Source of the DNA: Patescibacteria group bacterium
GTDB taxonomy: Bacteria > Patescibacteriota > Minisyncoccia > Phycocordibacterales > PALSA-1337
DNA: 64,000 bases
NCBI GenBank assembly: GCA_018970245.1
Contig: JAGWWT010000003.1
Location: 3,519 to 67,518 of the forward strand
Direction of reading: 5' to 3'
In this document: positions 26,226-36,933 of the stretch, piece by piece
Position numbering within the stretch: the first letter of the stretch is position 1
Layout: each line of letters begins with the position of its first letter
Notes under the pieces: model-generated
Seen by the model: only the letters and a program-made list of their open reading frames with translations
Told to the model about the DNA's origin: nothing
The model's database searches: none
Position numbers and translations under genes: made by a program

Positions 26226-27413
26226 TTACGCGATGACCTTCGTGACGACGCCGGCGCCGACGGTCTTGCCTCCTTCGCGGACGGCGAAGCGCTGCTTGTC
26301 TTCGAGAGCGACCGGAGCGACGAGCTTGACCTTGAAGGTCACGGTGTCGCCAGGCATGACCATCTCGACGCCCTCCTTGAGGGTGACTTCGCCGGTCACG
26401 TCGGTCGTGCGGATATAGAACTGCGGCTTGTAACCGGTGAAGAACGGGGTGTGGCGGCCGCCTTCCTCCTTCTTCAAGACATAGACTTCAGCCTCGAATT
26501 CGGTGTGCGGCTTGACGGAACCCGGCTTGGCCAAGACCTGGCCGCGAGAGACGGCATCCTTGGCCGTGCCGCGGAGGAGCAATCCGGCGTTGTCGCCAGC
26601 GATGCCTTCCTTGAGCTGCTTGTTGAACATCTCGATGCCGGTGACGACGGTCTTCGAGGTGTCCTTGAAGCCGACGATCTCGACTTCCTCGTTCAGAGTG
26701 ATCTTGCCGCGCTCGATACGGCCTGTGACGACGGTGCCGCGGCCTTCGATCGAAAAGATGTCCTCGATAGGCATGAGGAACGGCTTGTCGGTCTCGCGGA
26801 TCGGGTCTGGGATATATGTGTCGAGAGCATTCATGAGCTCGCCGATCTTGGCGACCCATTCCTCCTTGCCTTCCATGGCGCCAGTGGCTGAGCCGCGGAT
26901 GACCGGGGCATTCTTGCCGTCGTAATGATTCTTTGTGAGAAGCTCACGCACTTCCTCCTCGACGAGGTCGATGAGGTCCTTCTCCGGGACGAGGTCGCAC
27001 TTGTTAAGGAAGACGATGATCTTCGGGACGCCGACCTGGTAAGCCAGGAGGACGTGCTCGCGAGTCTGGGGCATGACGCCGTCGGTGGCGGATACCACGA
27101 GGATGGCTCCGTCCATCTGGGCGGCGCCGGTGATCATGTTCTTGATATAGTCGGCGTGGCCAGGGGCGTCGATGTGGGCGTAGTGGCGCTTGTCGGACTC
27201 GTATTCTACGTGCGACAAGGCGATCGTCACCGTCTTAGTGGCGTCGCGGACTGTTCCGCCCTTGGTAATCTCGGCGTAGGCCTTCTCTTTGGCCATGCCC
27301 TTCTTGGCCTGGACCGCGACGATCGCGGCGGTCAAGGTCGACTTGCCGTGGTCGATGTGGCCGATGGTGCCGACGTTTACGTGCGGCTTCGTGCGATTGA
27401 ATTCTGCTGCCAT
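26226..27413 (-). CDS. tuf: Elongation factor Tu
   Basis: [34 protein letters not shown]. Confidence 0.99.
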   Translation of the reverse strand: MAAEFNRTKPHVNVGTIGHIDHGKSTLTAAIVAVQAKKGMAKEKAYAEITKGGTVRDATKTVTIALSHVEYESDKRHYAHIDAPGHADYIKNMITGAAQMDGAILVVSATDGVMPQTREHVLLAYQVGVPKIIVFLNKCDLVPEKDLIDLVEEEVRELLTKNHYDGKNAPVIRGSATGAMEGKEEWVAKIGELMNALDTYIPDPIRETDKPFLMPIEDIFSIEGRGTVVTGRIERGKITLNEEVEIVGFKDTSKTVVTGIEMFNKQLKEGIAGDNAGLLLRGTAKDAVSRGQVLAKPGSVKPHTEFEAEVYVLKKEEGGRHTPFFTGYKPQFYIRTTDVTGEVTLKEGVEMVMPGDTVTFKVKLVAPVALEDKQRFAVREGGKTVGAGVVTKVIA

Positions 27414-27536
27414 ATTATTGATTTAGTGCTCAGCCTTTTTTTCTAACGCATGAGCCAGGCTAGAAGAAAAGGCCGAGATAAATTGTTAATAGCTTAATAA
27501 AACGCCCGAAAGAACAAGTAGGGGGCGCGTCCCGGA

Positions 27537-27565
27537 ATGGTAGCACGCCGTCTGAAATCGCGCAA
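27537..27565 (-). promoter_or_regulatory. Putative promoter for tuf-rpsJ-rplC
   Basis: TTGCGC-N17-TACCAT with extended TG. Confidence 0.6.
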
Positions 27566-27605
27566 ATCGGCTACAAATCGGAGGCAAAAGAGCGGTGCGG
27601 GGCGC

Positions 27606-29450
27606 CTAACGGTTCACCGTGCACGTATAGCCGGGCGGACAATATACTGGATTGGCAGGAGGATAGTACGGCACGGCTGTGCCAATGATCGTGAACGGCT
27701 GATTGCTGGCATCACAATCCGTAGTCGAGCCGGCCCTGCAGACTTGGACGGCATACTGCCCAGCGGGAATTGGGTTGTTGCTGATATCTGTGCCGACGAT
27801 CCAGCCATACCGGATGTTGGCGCTCACATTCCGGTCCAGGACATATTGTGCCTGGAATTGTGGTTTGCATGAATCGAGGTTCGGCAGGTTCGGGTTATAA
27901 GCGCATGGCGGATATAGGAGGCGGCCCAGATTGATATCCACGAGAGCGTTGGGGCTGTAATTGCTGAGGCTCCAGAGGATGTTTTGGGTCGAATTGGCCG
28001 CCCAAATCTCGCCGCCGTTCGGAGATAGTACGGTCACGGACGGGTTCTGAGAAGGCTGGCTGCTGCCGACATTGACGGTCGCGCTGGATTGGGCGGTCAG
28101 GCCTTGGCTGTCGCGCACAGTGAATCGCACGGTGTAGGTGCCCGCATATGAATAGGTGTGAGTGAAGGTGGCCGTCTGCACGAATTGCCACGCAGCCTGC
28201 GCACTGGGCGCATATCCAGGCTGGCTATCGCCCCAATCCACAGAATAGCTTAGAGCCCCGTTCTGCGGATCAGAGGCGTGGACGGTCCATGTCCCAGTCT
28301 GGCCGACTGCCAGAGCTGTCGGCGCATCTATGCCGCTTATGACCGGCGACTGACTGCCCGGCTGGCTGGCGACGATCGAGAATTCTCCAGCGCTCAAGCC
28401 GCAGATATTGCCAGACGCGTCGCAGATCTTGATCCTGTATGAGCTTCCTGGCGTGACCGGGACCGAATTCGGGCCGCCGTCTCCGGACATATTCAATGAG
28501 GTGTTCCAAGCGTAGCTGCCCGTATCATTCACGACAGCGATGCCATAGTCGGTCCAGCATCCCAACCAGCCTGCCGGGCAGTACTTCGAATCGTCATGGA
28601 GGCTGATGCTGACCTGCGACGAGCCGATATTAGCAGACTTCCAAGCGATCGTGTATGTATTTCCCAGGGTGAGCGTCTCTCCACCATTCGGATAAGTGAC
28701 CTGTATAGATGGGGACGGCGTGGCGGTCGGCGTAGGAGTGGGCGTGGGCGTCGGGCTCGAAGCTATCGTGAACTCGTTATCGCTCTCGACGCATTGGGAG
28801 CCGCTCGACGGGCAGATCTGGACTTTGTACTGGCCGTCAGAGGCCACGGTGGGATTCGAGCCATTCAGGTCTGTCACGCTGCCTACTTTCCAGGCATACG
28901 ATCCAGCCGTCAGAGGGGCTCCTTTGACGATGAGATACGGCGCTCTTACCATGATCATGCATCGGATCGGCTGTCCTGGCTGGGCGCAAGCAGGCAATGG
29001 GAATTCAAGCCGGATATCAGCTGTCTGGCCAGCCATAGCCGGCGGCACCGTCCAGGTTATGTTCTGCATAGTGCCGGTCTGCCAGACTTCTCCCCTATTC
29101 GGGGATGTGACTTGAAGGGAGCTGCCTTGGTACGCGACCCTGTGCCTATAGATCCAGCCGCGGGTCATGGGACCGAAATATCCATACGCAGGCAAGCCGA
29201 CCGAGCGCTGATAGGCTTCGAGAGCCGCCTGGGTTTGGGGTCCGAAATAACCAGGCGCGCCTCCATTCGCGATCGCCGGTATGCTGAAGCCGTTCTGAAG
29301 CAGCCAATTCTGGAGATTGGCCACATCCTCCCCTTGCGAACCCAGGGAGAGATCAGAGTTGAACGTATATCCTTGAGCCGCCTGTTGCGCTGATGCGACT
29401 GAAATAGACGCTAGAACGGCCAAGACGCTCACGATTACATATTTTTTCAT
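27606..29450 (-). CDS. Secreted peptidoglycan-binding-domain protein with Ig-like and PKD domains
   Basis: Signal peptide (ASA-QQ); PG_binding_1 DLSLGSQGEDVANLQ..GYFGP; three (S/Y)PNxGE repeats; VDWGD..HTYSYAGTY PKD; PT linker. Confidence 0.8.
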   Translation of the reverse strand: MKKYVIVSVLAVLASISVASAQQAAQGYTFNSDLSLGSQGEDVANLQNWLLQNGFSIPAIANGGAPGYFGPQTQAALEAYQRSVGLPAYGYFGPMTRGWIYRHRVAYQGSSLQVTSPNRGEVWQTGTMQNITWTVPPAMAGQTADIRLEFPLPACAQPGQPIRCMIMVRAPYLIVKGAPLTAGSYAWKVGSVTDLNGSNPTVASDGQYKVQICPSSGSQCVESDNEFTIASSPTPTPTPTPTATPSPSIQVTYPNGGETLTLGNTYTIAWKSANIGSSQVSISLHDDSKYCPAGWLGCWTDYGIAVVNDTGSYAWNTSLNMSGDGGPNSVPVTPGSSYRIKICDASGNICGLSAGEFSIVASQPGSQSPVISGIDAPTALAVGQTGTWTVHASDPQNGALSYSVDWGDSQPGYAPSAQAAWQFVQTATFTHTYSYAGTYTVRFTVRDSQGLTAQSSATVNVGSSQPSQNPSVTVLSPNGGEIWAANSTQNILWSLSNYSPNALVDINLGRLLYPPCAYNPNLPNLDSCKPQFQAQYVLDRNVSANIRYGWIVGTDISNNPIPAGQYAVQVCRAGSTTDCDASNQPFTIIGTAVPYYPPANPVYCPPGYTCTVNR

Positions 29451-29629
29451 ATGATTGAGTGTTAGGAACTTAACGACCCTAGAATATCACCCTGTAAGAC
29501 GTTCCGCCATTGCGCGCATGACAGCTGAAAGCTCCATCAGCGTAAGACGCCTAAAACGAAAGAACTGGGCCAGGGATCGTTGGTCCAGTTCCATTTCGGC
29601 TGATAGATTCGGCTGATAGTTATTCCCTA

Positions 29630-30313
29630 TCAGATCGCGGGCGTCCTCCAAGCCGTATTATTGGCCATGAAGTAGTCTAGTGTGCTCGCGTACGACGGAT
29701 TGACGGTCCATTGCACTCCCTGCATCTGGACAGCAAAGGCGTTCGGGGCCGCGTTCCGGACCAAGAAGGTCGCCGTCACGGGTATGACTATGGTCCTCCC
29801 TTGCGGGATGGTGAAGTAATATCCATCAGCCGATAGCGTGGTACTGGCCGGCTGAGAATATGCGACAGCTTGGACAGACATGGGCGACAGAACGCCATTC
29901 TTGTAGACCCCGAATGACGAAGCGCCGTATGACCAGGCCGGATGAGGAGACATGGGCAATCCCATAGTCACGGATCCGCCGACAGCTGAGACGGAGACAT
30001 AGAAGGTGGCCTGATACGTAGTCGTGCTGTTCCCGAATTGGTCGTAGATGGTCGTCATCTTGGCGATCGTCGGAGCGCTGGCTAGCGATATCGAAGGCGA
30101 TGCGGTCACGCATGGGGTCGGCGTAGGCGACGGGTACGACAGGCTTGAAGTCACCAAGGCCGAGCTCGATCCGGGATCATAGCTCGAGGCGGTCTGCATC
30201 GCAGCAGCCACCTGGGGCAAGCTGTACGACATCCAAGCTAGCGCGCCGAGAACGAGCAGGTATTTGAACTCGTTCCCGAAAAGCGGCTTTCCATCTATCA
30301 ATCTTTTTCTCAT
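29630..30313 (-). CDS. Secreted/membrane hypothetical protein, paralog of a domain in the 30514 protein
   Basis: N-terminal hydrophobic segment, SP/TP linker, beta-rich domain with VYKNGV..YSQP..TLSADG..FTI. Confidence 0.7.
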   Translation of the reverse strand: MRKRLIDGKPLFGNEFKYLLVLGALAWMSYSLPQVAAAMQTASSYDPGSSSALVTSSLSYPSPTPTPCVTASPSISLASAPTIAKMTTIYDQFGNSTTTYQATFYVSVSAVGGSVTMGLPMSPHPAWSYGASSFGVYKNGVLSPMSVQAVAYSQPASTTLSADGYYFTIPQGRTIVIPVTATFLVRNAAPNAFAVQMQGVQWTVNPSYASTLDYFMANNTAWRTPAI

Positions 30314-30450
30314 TTGATTGGTTGCTTAATCATGGGCGCATGATCATTATCGTCCATGAACTGGTAAAAACAGAAAAGACACGCCTCGACGGGCCGTGCC
30401 TTGGGTAGTGGCATCATTATATTACCTGCGGTCGCAGAGGTAAAGCGTGG

Positions 30451-30459
30451 TTATCCACA
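30451..30459 (+). promoter_or_regulatory. Single consensus DnaA box TTATCCACA
   Basis: Exact match in an intergenic region; isolated. Confidence 0.35.
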
Positions 30460-30461
30460 AT

Positions 30462-30488
30462 GAAAAGCCGCCTTTAAGGCGGCTTTTC
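30462..30488. terminator. Bidirectional intrinsic terminator GAAAAGCCGCC-TTTAA-GGCGGCTTTTC
   Basis: Perfect inverted repeat just downstream of the 30514 gene. Confidence 0.8.
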
Positions 30489-30513
30489 GAGATGTTCACC
30501 TGGACTGCGAAGA

Positions 30514-33500
30514 TCAATGGCAGTAGATACCGAGGAGCTTGCAGGCATTGATCGCGTTCTCGATCTGCTGCACGAGGCTGCTATTGCCGACGCTCGCGGT
30601 CTGATTGGCGCCGGAACAATCGTAACCGACCGGACAAGTCAGGCCGTCATAAGAGACCGGGCTGGCCATAGGCGAGGGCGAAGCGGTCGCCGTAGGCACT
30701 GGGTTCACCGTGAAGTTGATCCACTTGGTTACCGTGCCGCCGTAGCTAGGAGCCACGCCAAGCTGGTAGGTGCCGGTCTGCATATGGCTCATGAAGAAGC
30801 TGTTGATCGTGAATGTGAGCTGAGTCGGGCTGACTGACGACAGGCTGGCGCCGCCCAGGCCGCTCACGATGCCGTTATTCATGAACTCGACATAGTCAGT
30901 CGAAGCGAAGCCTGTACCGGTGACCGTCACCGTCGTTCCCAGAGTGCCGCTCGTCGGCCATACCGAAGAGATGACGGGCTGGACTGGTTGGGCCGGTTGG
31001 GTGGGTTGGACAGGAACCGGAGCTGTCATACAAGTATAGCCTGGTGGGCAATTCACATATACCGGCGTACACGTGTAGCCTGACGGGCAGGTATACGTAG
31101 CGCCTGGCGGCGTACAAATATAGCCTGTCGGACAAACGACTGTCGTCGGCTGATCCGTCTTCGGGACGGGGGTCGGAGAGGCGTAAGTGTACGGTGCGGC
31201 ATTAGCGAACATTATCGACCCTGTGTAGACATTTCCAGTATTTCCTTCCGAGGTCCCGACAATTGGGTAGATAATGACAGTTTTTATCGACTCTGGCCCT
31301 GGATAGCTAAATGTGAAGGCTGACGGTACTGTCACAGTTGTTTGCTGGCCAGCACCCAAAGACTGAACCGTTACTGTTAAGCCGTTGAGGTCAACTTGGA
31401 ACGGAGTGGTCCAATCTGTCGAGCCTGTATTTTTGACTGTAACAATCCCTGAGACCCATTGATTTACCTGAGGTTTCTCGGGTGAGAACTGCACATTTGT
31501 TATTACAATGGGCTGATTTGAGTCGGTGCTACCATTCCCGCTCGGCGAATACTGCGAAGCCGGGATGTTGCCGACGACGCGCGTGCCGTCGGTGAAGTTC
31601 ACGACGACGATGCCGCCGTAGAAGTGACCCGTTTCGACGTGGCCGTAGAGATTGAATCCGACTTTGCCAGGACCGTAGGTGCCTAGAGTCTGGTTGTATG
31701 CCGTATTGAGCTGTGCAGGATTCACCCCATCGGACAACACGACAAGCGGGAATGAGCTGCGGCCAAGATCGTCAGGTGAGGCCGTAGTCCAGCCTTCAGG
31801 ATTCGTCGCCGGGTTCGGTGCGCCGGCACCGGTATGATACACAGCGATCGACTTGATAGTTTTAGTCGAGTTCAAGCTCAAAGATATCCACCAATGCCAG
31901 TTATTCGTTGTTTGATCATTCACCCCGGAACCAGCAGTGAATACGCCCCAGCTTCCTGCATGGCCTGTGAAATCAGAGGCTGATTGCGCGACTAATGTGG
32001 ACCCGTCAGTCACCGTAGAAGCAAGGCTGGAGATCGTGCTCACGCCAGAGCTGCCTCCTCCATTAGAACCGCCGTTCTGCGTACAAGACCAACCGGCAGG
32101 GCAGACGAATCCTCCGCCTCCCGAGCTGCTACCAGACGAAGTGACTCCAGAACCGCTAGAACCGCTGCCGCTGCTTGTAAGATTAGCGTTGCACGAAGCC
32201 ATCACCGAAGCCCTGGTTAGTGAGCCGAAGTAACCCGTATGAGGCAATCCGACCGATTGCTGGTACAGGGCTAGAGCCGCAGCTGTCTGATAACCGTAAT
32301 AGCCCTTAGCTAGGCCACTCTCCAGAGCGGTGATCGTAAAGCCATTGTTCATGAGCCAAGTCTGCAAAGCTGCGACATCGTCGCCGTTCGAACCGATCGT
32401 AAGGTCTCGAGTAAAGACATAGCAATTACCGGTGCTGCCACCTCCACCTCCTCCACTGCTCGATGAGCTGAAGGAAAACACATTGTCGTTATATGGCGCA
32501 ATAAACTTTGTAGTACCGGGTTCAACAAAGTATATCTTGTATTGGCCCGTGTATGACGCAACCCGGCTAGTGATATCTGCTGGGATCGCCCATGTATAGT
32601 GGCCTTGAGCCAAGGAGATGTTGCTGGCAATTTCCGCCGTGTAATTCGCTGTCTGCGCTTCTGCCTTATGAAGGCCGAGGACGGTATCGAATGCGTCTGC
32701 AAAGATATTCTTGCTCGGTGCAAGTCCACAACCCATTGGATCACAACCGCTACTCGTAAAACCCTCAAGGAGGATATCGGCCGTAGGATGCGCTGCTAAC
32801 GTAGCAGGCGTCGCCGACCACTGAATCGTATACATGCTTCCTACCGGGATGACTGCACCAGCCGCTGGGGCGATCAGGTGTAGATTTGCGGCAGTCGATC
32901 CATACCCCGCATTCGATGTCGCCCAGTTATCTTCATTCACAAACGTGGGGATCGTATTTCCGGGGCTCAACCAGTCCACCCCATTCAAACGGACTCCATA
33001 CACATCAGTACCGAGAACCGGAACAACGAATCTCAACGTTACCGGTATCGTCACGGTCTGATTTTGAGCTATCGTGAATGACGTACCATCGCTAGAAAGC
33101 GCCGTGCCAGGAGGCTGGATGTAAGAGACGGTTGGCGAATAGTTCACGGAGCTATCAACTGCCACACCATTCTTATATATCACCCACGAGCCAAGATTAG
33201 AGCCGTATGCAGGAAACGCAGGTGTTTTTGAGCTGGGAAGGCCAAGAATAATCGGTGAGCCATCGGCCGTTACCTGAACATTGAATGTCACTACAAAAGT
33301 TGCAGCTGTCCCTCCGACAGTCACACTTTCACTTATTGTAGGAGTCCCGCTCAAGCTGAACACCGGACCTTGGCCGACTACCGTGATCTTGTTGCCAGAA
33401 GCGGATCCTTGGACCGTCACATTAGCGCTTGCGCCAGACGCAGACATAACAGTGACACCAGAGGCTACCACGCTGGCAGAGACCGAAAAGCCAGGCCCAG

Positions 33501-33978
33501 AACCGACGTTGGTGATGTCGGCTTTGACCATAAACGGAACCGTCGCATTAACCGGGATAACGGCTTGATTGCTGAGGCTCGTGAAGGTTGCAACGCCATT
33601 CTGGACCGAAGCTGAACCTAGCAACTGCGAGCCTTGATAGAGATAGGCCGCCCCGATGCTTCCAGAGCTACCGCCGATCGGCGAAGTGATATTTACCTTG
33701 ACTGTATTAAGGGCAAGATCGCCGCCTTGAGCTCTCACATCGAAGACAAGGACTGGCAAGCCTAGATACTGGCCAGTAGCCGTATTCGTGACCGCCACAG
33801 TCGAGGTCAACGGCGAAGACGGATCGAGCGAGATATTGGCGTTTAACGGCGATGGTGTGGACGAAGGCGATATCACCAAGGCGTTGGCTGACGGCGTCGA
33901 AATGACGCTGAGAACCAGCGCGCCAACGACGATAGCCGCGCCGAGAACGGAGCTGATAAAAAGAGAACGATTTTTCAT
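30514..33978 (-). CDS. Large (~1154 aa) secreted multidomain surface protein: PG-binding, CARDB-like, IPT/TIG-like and CPxGYxC repeats
   Basis: Signal MKNRSLF..ANA; FTRDLTIGSNGDDVAALQ..GYFGSLT; VTVKNTG; PVISSV.PTSG..GT.VTVTGTGF; S/G/T-rich linkers. Confidence 0.8.
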   Translation of the reverse strand: MKNRSLFISSVLGAAIVVGALVLSVISTPSANALVISPSSTPSPLNANISLDPSSPLTSTVAVTNTATGQYLGLPVLVFDVRAQGGDLALNTVKVNITSPIGGSSGSIGAAYLYQGSQLLGSASVQNGVATFTSLSNQAVIPVNATVPFMVKADITNVGSGPGFSVSASVVASGVTVMSASGASANVTVQGSASGNKITVVGQGPVFSLSGTPTISESVTVGGTAATFVVTFNVQVTADGSPIILGLPSSKTPAFPAYGSNLGSWVIYKNGVAVDSSVNYSPTVSYIQPPGTALSSDGTSFTIAQNQTVTIPVTLRFVVPVLGTDVYGVRLNGVDWLSPGNTIPTFVNEDNWATSNAGYGSTAANLHLIAPAAGAVIPVGSMYTIQWSATPATLAAHPTADILLEGFTSSGCDPMGCGLAPSKNIFADAFDTVLGLHKAEAQTANYTAEIASNISLAQGHYTWAIPADITSRVASYTGQYKIYFVEPGTTKFIAPYNDNVFSFSSSSSGGGGGGSTGNCYVFTRDLTIGSNGDDVAALQTWLMNNGFTITALESGLAKGYYGYQTAAALALYQQSVGLPHTGYFGSLTRASVMASCNANLTSSGSGSSGSGVTSSGSSSGGGGFVCPAGWSCTQNGGSNGGGSSGVSTISSLASTVTDGSTLVAQSASDFTGHAGSWGVFTAGSGVNDQTTNNWHWWISLSLNSTKTIKSIAVYHTGAGAPNPATNPEGWTTASPDDLGRSSFPLVVLSDGVNPAQLNTAYNQTLGTYGPGKVGFNLYGHVETGHFYGGIVVVNFTDGTRVVGNIPASQYSPSGNGSTDSNQPIVITNVQFSPEKPQVNQWVSGIVTVKNTGSTDWTTPFQVDLNGLTVTVQSLGAGQQTTVTVPSAFTFSYPGPESIKTVIIYPIVGTSEGNTGNVYTGSIMFANAAPYTYASPTPVPKTDQPTTVVCPTGYICTPPGATYTCPSGYTCTPVYVNCPPGYTCMTAPVPVQPTQPAQPVQPVISSVWPTSGTLGTTVTVTGTGFASTDYVEFMNNGIVSGLGGASLSSVSPTQLTFTINSFFMSHMQTGTYQLGVAPSYGGTVTKWINFTVNPVPTATASPSPMASPVSYDGLTCPVGYDCSGANQTASVGNSSLVQQIENAINACKLLGIYCH

Positions 33979-34050
33979 TGTTATTATATTAATAGTAATA
34001 ATAAAGTCGCCTATTGCTGGCCCAAGTCTAGCACCGCCGGACGAATAGCA

Positions 34051-34082
34051 AAACAGCCGATATCCACAGAGGATCGGCTGTT
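34051..34082 (-). terminator. Intrinsic terminator after fusA
   Basis: AACAGCCGAT...ATCGGCTGTT stem with U-tail on the minus strand. Confidence 0.65.
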
Positions 34083-34110
34083 GCATCCAATGGTCTTCCC
34101 GCAATGACGG

Positions 34111-36270
34111 CTATTTCCTCTTCTCCTTGATCTCTTCGGCGACGTTGGCCGGAACGACTTCGTAGTGATCGAACTCCATCTGGGCCGATCCTTGGCCTGA
34201 AGTCATCGAACGCAGCTGAGTCGTATATCCGAACATCTCGGCCAGCGGAACCTTGGCTAGGATGGCCACATTCTGGCCCTTCGTATTCTGGCCTTCTATG
34301 AGGCCGCGCTTCGAGGCTATCGAGCCGTTGATATCGCCGATATACTTCTCCGGCGCGACGACTTCTAGCTTCATGATCGGCTCAAGGATGACCGGCTTGG
34401 CGCGCTTGGCAGCATCCTGAAAGGCCTGCGAAGCGGCGATCTTATAGGCGATCTCCGACGAGTCCACATCGTGATACGAACCGAAAGTGAGCTCGCAGGA
34501 TACGTTGACCATCTTGTAGCCGGCGACGATGCCGCGATCCATGGCTTCATGGACGCCTTTTTCGACGGCCGGAATGAATTCATTCGGGATGACGCCACCC
34601 TTGATGGAGTCGATGAACTCGAAATCGTCGTAGCGGTGCACGTTCTTCGGGATCTTCTTCGGCTTGCCGTCATCATCGGTCGGCAACGGTTCCATAGGCT
34701 TCAGAGTGATGCGGACATGTCCGTACTGGCCCTTGCCGCCGGTCTGCTTGATGTATTTATTCTCGGCCTCGGCTGTGCCCATGATCGTCTCGCGGTAGGC
34801 TACCTGCGGCTCGCCCGTATTGGCTTCGACGCTGAACTCTCGCTTCATGCGATCCACCATGATCTCCAGCTGGAGCTCGCCGACGCCGGCGATGATAGTC
34901 TCGCCCGTCTCAGGGTTGGAGCTGACGTGGAAGGTCGGGTCCTCGATAGTGAGCTTGCGCAAAGCCATGCCCATCTTTTCCTGGTCGGCCTTGGTCTTCG
35001 GCTCGATCCTGAGCGAAACGACCGGGTCCATGAATTTGATCTGCTCCAGGACGATCGGCTTGCTTTCGTCGCAGAAAGTGTCAGAAGTGAGGGTATCCTT
35101 GAGGCCGACCGCGGCTGCGATCTCTCCAGCGAAGACTTTCTTGACCTCTTCGCGCTTATCGGCCTGAAGGCGGACGATGCGGCCCAGACGCTCTTTCTTT
35201 TGAGTGCGAGAATTGTATATGTAGGTGCCGGCCTCGATGGTGCCAGAATAGACGCGGAAGAAGGTCAAAGCGCCGACGAACGGGTCATTCTGGAGCTTGA
35301 AAGCCATGGCGCAGAACGGCTCAGCATCGGAGGTATGCCGGATGACTTCCTCGCCCGTATTCGGATCGATGCCCTTGACTGGCGGTATGTCCAATGGGGA
35401 CGGCAGGTAATCCACGACCGCATCCAGGACCAGCTGCACGCCGATGTTCTTGAGCGCCGAACCGGTGAATACCGGGAAGATCTTGTTCGCGATGACGGCC
35501 TTGCGGGTGATCGCCTTGAGCTCGTCCATAGACGGCACTTTCCCTTCGAGATACGCCGTCATGGCGGCATCGTCGTGCTCGACTATCTTTTCGACCATCT
35601 CGTTGTGGTATTTCTTGGCTTCCTCGAGCATCTCGGCCGGGATCTCCTTCTCTATTATATTTATGCCCTTTTCGCCCTCGAAATAGTAGGCCTTCATGCG
35701 CATGAGGTCGATGACGCCCTTGTGCTCCCCTTCCAGGCCGATCGGCAGCTGGAAACGGACGGCGTTCTTGTTCAAACGATCCAGGATCGACTTGAATGAG
35801 CGCTCGAATGAGGCGCCCATGCGGTCCATCTTGTTGATGAAGCAGAGGCGGGGCACGTTGCCTTCATCCGCATAGCGCCAGTTAGTCTCGGACTGAGGCT
35901 CGACGCCGGCCACGCCGTCGAAGACGACGACCGCGCCATCGAGGACTCGGAGAGAGCGCTTGACTTCCACTGTGAAGTCGATATGGCCAGGAGTGTCGAT
36001 GACATTGAAACGGACCTTCTTCGAAGCGTCGGTCGCCGGCATGTATGTAGGATTCCAGAAGCAGGTGATGGCCGCAGCCGTGATGGTGATGCCGCGCTCG
36101 CGCTCCTGCTCCATCCAGTCCGTGACCGTGTCGCCCTCATGGACCTCGCCGATCTTGTGGATCATGCCGGTATAGTAGAGGATGCGCTCCGATGTGGTGG
36201 TCTTGCCTGCGTCGATGTGAGCGATGATGCCGAAGTTGCGGACGCGTTCGAGCGGATAGTCGCGGTTCAT
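34111..36270 (-). CDS. fusA: Elongation factor G
   Basis: [43 protein letters not shown]. Confidence 0.99.
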   Translation of the reverse strand: MNRDYPLERVRNFGIIAHIDAGKTTTSERILYYTGMIHKIGEVHEGDTVTDWMEQERERGITITAAAITCFWNPTYMPATDASKKVRFNVIDTPGHIDFTVEVKRSLRVLDGAVVVFDGVAGVEPQSETNWRYADEGNVPRLCFINKMDRMGASFERSFKSILDRLNKNAVRFQLPIGLEGEHKGVIDLMRMKAYYFEGEKGINIIEKEIPAEMLEEAKKYHNEMVEKIVEHDDAAMTAYLEGKVPSMDELKAITRKAVIANKIFPVFTGSALKNIGVQLVLDAVVDYLPSPLDIPPVKGIDPNTGEEVIRHTSDAEPFCAMAFKLQNDPFVGALTFFRVYSGTIEAGTYIYNSRTQKKERLGRIVRLQADKREEVKKVFAGEIAAAVGLKDTLTSDTFCDESKPIVLEQIKFMDPVVSLRIEPKTKADQEKMGMALRKLTIEDPTFHVSSNPETGETIIAGVGELQLEIMVDRMKREFSVEANTGEPQVAYRETIMGTAEAENKYIKQTGGKGQYGHVRITLKPMEPLPTDDDGKPKKIPKNVHRYDDFEFIDSIKGGVIPNEFIPAVEKGVHEAMDRGIVAGYKMVNVSCELTFGSYHDVDSSEIAYKIAASQAFQDAAKRAKPVILEPIMKLEVVAPEKYIGDINGSIASKRGLIEGQNTKGQNVAILAKVPLAEMFGYTTQLRSMTSGQGSAQMEFDHYEVVPANVAEEIKEKRK

Positions 36271-36276
36271 GAGATT

Positions 36277-36322
36277 AAGTCTATGAAGTCTATAAAGTCC
36301 GTAAAGTCCTTGAAGTCCTTAA
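36277..36322. repeat. AAGTC-based 9-bp tandem array just upstream of the fusA start
   Basis: aagtctatg aagtctata aagtccgta aagtccttg aagtcctta. Confidence 0.85.
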
Positions 36323-36390
36323 GGCGGACATTGAATAATAAAAAAGCCGGGGGCTTAGTGGCCTAACGATACAGGAAGTACCGGGAATAA

Positions 36391-36933
36391 TCAAATCTCA
36401 AATCCGATAGCATCATGCGTCGGAGTATTAAGCGTGATCAGCTTGTTAACAGCTGCATTTATATCTGCAAGATTCTTTCCTTGCTCCTTCATCCGCTTTT
36501 CTAAGGATCCGACTCTTTTCGCCAGATCCTTATTGGTCGCCAATAATTCTCGAAGCTTCACAAATGCCCTCATTATAAATATGTTCATTTGGATAGCGCG
36601 GTCGCTATTCAGAACGGATGAAAGCATCGCGACTCCAAGCTCAGTGAAAACATATGGTAAGTTCCTACGGCCACCTCTGCCGATCTTTGAGGTGCCAATT
36701 TGGTACCTCAAAGATTCACTCTCTTGAGCCGTCAACCTGAACGAGAAATCTGAAGGAAATCGATCTATATTTCTTTGAACTGCCCTGTTCAGAGTCTTGG
36801 TTTGAATCTGATACAGCTCCGCCAGATCGCTGTCCATCATCACTTTCTTTCCCCGGATAATATAAATCCTCCGTCCGATGAATTCGGGGGTAGCCGCTAA
36901 AACAAGACTCGTTTCTTTTGAGCCCGCATGCAT
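36391..36933 (-). CDS. ORF6N-domain protein
   Basis: IRGKKVMMDSDLAELY, RNIDRFPSDF, GGRR.LPYVFTELGVAMLSSVLNS, C-terminal IGF. Confidence 0.92.
   Translation of the reverse strand: MHAGSKETSLVLAATPEFIGRRIYIIRGKKVMMDSDLAELYQIQTKTLNRAVQRNIDRFPSDFSFRLTAQESESLRYQIGTSKIGRGGRRNLPYVFTELGVAMLSSVLNSDRAIQMNIFIMRAFVKLRELLATNKDLAKRVGSLEKRMKEQGKNLADINAAVNKLITLNTPTHDAIGFEI

Noticed and set aside
29597-29620. 12-bp duplication TTCGGCTGATAG x2
   Set aside because: Only two copies beside a terminator-like hairpin; no evidence of function beyond the general slippage tendency
30451-30459. DnaA box as replication origin
   Set aside because: Single box with no cluster, no unwinding element and no dnaA/dnaN nearby; near-matches around 34060 and 56015-56045 are imperfect
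34471-35799. Long antisense ORFs over fusA, also over tuf, nusA, pilB and r-protein genes
   Set aside because: Shadow ORFs expected from GC3-rich codon bias; no recognisable motifs
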